Positions 62,518 to 64,000 of a stretch of DNA of 64,000 bases are shown piece by piece. This stretch comes from Escherichia coli (lineage in GTDB: Bacteria; Pseudomonadota; Gammaproteobacteria; Enterobacterales; Enterobacteriaceae). Under the pieces are notes generated by a model that saw only the letters and a list, made by a program, of their open reading frames with translations, ran no database searches and was not told the origin of the DNA. The DNA lies in NCBI GenBank assembly GCA_005400705.1, contig GCA_005400705.1_4079.1. The stretch is one strand, 5' to 3'. Every line of letters begins with the position of its first letter. Positions within the stretch are counted from its first letter, which is position 1. The position numbers and the translations under genes were made by a program.

Positions 62518-63068
62518 ATGGTAAACTCCTTGCGTTAATTGGTATTTTGGTAGTTATCGTACTAATGGTGTTTGGTTCTATTAGTATGTATGTTGGTGCA
62601 CATGATCGTGCAGTTGAGTTTGAAGGAAACATTAAAAAGTACTATGATGCATCTGAAAGTCAACTTAGCAATTATACTCTTACTATTCAAGATAAGGTTC
62701 AAGTAGCAGATAAGTACAAAAATGCGTTGAAAGAAACGATTGAGTCATACTTTAAAGGGCGTGAAGGTGTTGACCAGAAGTTTGTAATGTCACAGATTCA
62801 ACAACAGGTTCCAAATCTTGATCCTAAAATTTATCAGGAATTGATGGTGACAATTGAAGCAGGACGTACAAAGTTCAACAATCTTCAGAAAATGAAAATT
62901 GACCAGTGTACTGATTATGCTAAGTTCCGCAAAGGCTTCTGGAATTCCAAAATTCTTGATTCGAATACGTTTCCAAGTGAAAATATTGAACACCTTTGTA
63001 CAGTAGTATCTGATACACGTACCAAGAAAGCAATGGATACTGGTATTCAAGAATCAATTAAACTATAA
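62514..63068 (+). CDS. N-terminally membrane-anchored protein (LemA-like topology, tentative)
   Basis: LLALIGILVVIVLMVF TM then helical domain; ATGA overlap with upstream membrane protein. Confidence 0.45.
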   Translation: MNGKLLALIGILVVIVLMVFGSISMYVGAHDRAVEFEGNIKKYYDASESQLSNYTLTIQDKVQVADKYKNALKETIESYFKGREGVDQKFVMSQIQQQVPNLDPKIYQELMVTIEAGRTKFNNLQKMKIDQCTDYAKFRKGFWNSKILDSNTFPSENIEHLCTVVSDTRTKKAMDTGIQESIKL

Positions 63069-63077
63069 TTAAATGTT

Positions 63078-63102
63078 GGGAGTACTTTGTACTCCCCTTT
63101 TC
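63078..63102 (+). terminator. rho-independent terminator
   Basis: gggagtac-ttt-gtactccc + TTTT. Confidence 0.55.
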
Positions 63103-63115
63103 TATGGGGTGTACT

Positions 63116-63703
63116 ATGTTTTTAAAAAATACTTATGAATTAATTAAAATGCTTCAAAATATGAATTCCGGTGGCTTGTTTCCCTATTACTCTGAGGATG
63201 AAACTCATCGTTTAGTCCTTAAATTGGATGAAACTGGACGTATTATATCACTAAGAACAACAGTCCCCAGTGTAGAACCAGTAATTACCAAATCAACTCA
63301 AAATTCAGGAACTGCTGTTAAAACACCACAAACATACAACTCTAATTACCAACAACCACAAATGTACACGATTAGCACTCCACCTATTAAACGAGTTGCT
63401 TGTATTGTGAATATAAAAGTATCTAAGGACTATCGCGACTTAATATCAGTTGAATGGTCAGAACTAACATCATCATTAGCAACAAATGGATTTGTAGTAA
63501 CAAATACAGGTCTAGCACAAAATGTGAAAGAAGGACAACAGATCATGAGTGCATTGTATCTTAGTAATGGTTGTGTTATCATCAATGGTAAGTTGTATAG
63601 CGATGCCGACCCCACTGCATTCACTGAAGATTTGATTGGTGATAAAGAATACAGCATTCTAGAAATTATGAATTTGAAAAAGGTATATGAAAAAGGTATA
63701 TGA
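63116..63703 (+). CDS. hypothetical protein
   Basis: about 195-aa ORF. Confidence 0.45.
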   Translation: MFLKNTYELIKMLQNMNSGGLFPYYSEDETHRLVLKLDETGRIISLRTTVPSVEPVITKSTQNSGTAVKTPQTYNSNYQQPQMYTISTPPIKRVACIVNIKVSKDYRDLISVEWSELTSSLATNGFVVTNTGLAQNVKEGQQIMSALYLSNGCVIINGKLYSDADPTAFTEDLIGDKEYSILEIMNLKKVYEKGI

Positions 63704-63708
63704 AAACC

Positions 63709-64000
63709 ATGACTAGATTTCATCAGGATGATTTGCCATTTATCCAAGAACTAGAAGAACTGGTGATAAGTATTATGGATGAAATTAGTACTTGGGATAT
63801 AACAGTTTTTCGAAATGTATATGATAAAGTTGTGAATTTTAAAAATGTTAATATTGAAGTAAAACATAATAATTTTTACTTAACAAAACAATTCATTCTA
63901 ACTCGACCAGGATCAAAGCCAGTTAAACGTAATTTATCATTCGGACACCTGATTGGTGCAGAAAATGTACATGATGAATGGGTTGATTCAATCTATTCGT
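63709..64000 (+). CDS. hypothetical protein, 5' portion (continues past window)
   Basis: ATG 63709, open to window end. Confidence 0.4.
   Translation, partial: MTRFHQDDLPFIQELEELVISIMDEISTWDITVFRNVYDKVVNFKNVNIEVKHNNFYLTKQFILTRPGSKPVKRNLSFGHLIGAENVHDEWVDSIYS

Noticed and set aside
62514-63068. Firm LemA family assignment
   Set aside because: Only topology and a loose helical pattern match; motif-level similarity is weak, so it is reported only as tentative.

Overview
This window reads as a contiguous, almost entirely plus-strand slice of a large virulent T4-like myovirus genome, covering DNA replication, recombination, packaging ATPase and nucleotide metabolism. All calls come from reading the sequence and the supplied ORF translations; no database search or computation was run, so homologies rest on motifs visible in the translations. 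Recognisable core genes include family-B DNA polymerase, sliding clamp and clamp loader, gp32-like SSB, UvsX/UvsY/UvsW, gp61 primase and gp41 helicase, Dda-like helicase, topoisomerase II subunits, NrdA/NrdB, DHFR, two RNase H types, two DEDD exonucleases, and a large terminase. Expression signals are mostly extended -10 promoters (TGnTATAAT) or consensus -35/-10 pairs, plus many hairpin terminators and a few TATAAATA late-type motifs. I found no tRNA, CRISPR, integrase or transposase. The most unusual content is a consensus-promoter operon encoding an IF3 homologue, a ClpS-like adaptor and a KTSC-domain protein; two separated fragments resembling the Pol III alpha (DnaE) core without the catalytic aspartates; a degenerate terminase-ATPase paralog overlapping the large terminase; two GroES-like genes; a 24-residue tandem-repeat protein between nrdA and nrdB; and two minus-strand paralog cassettes, one with a frameshifted copy.
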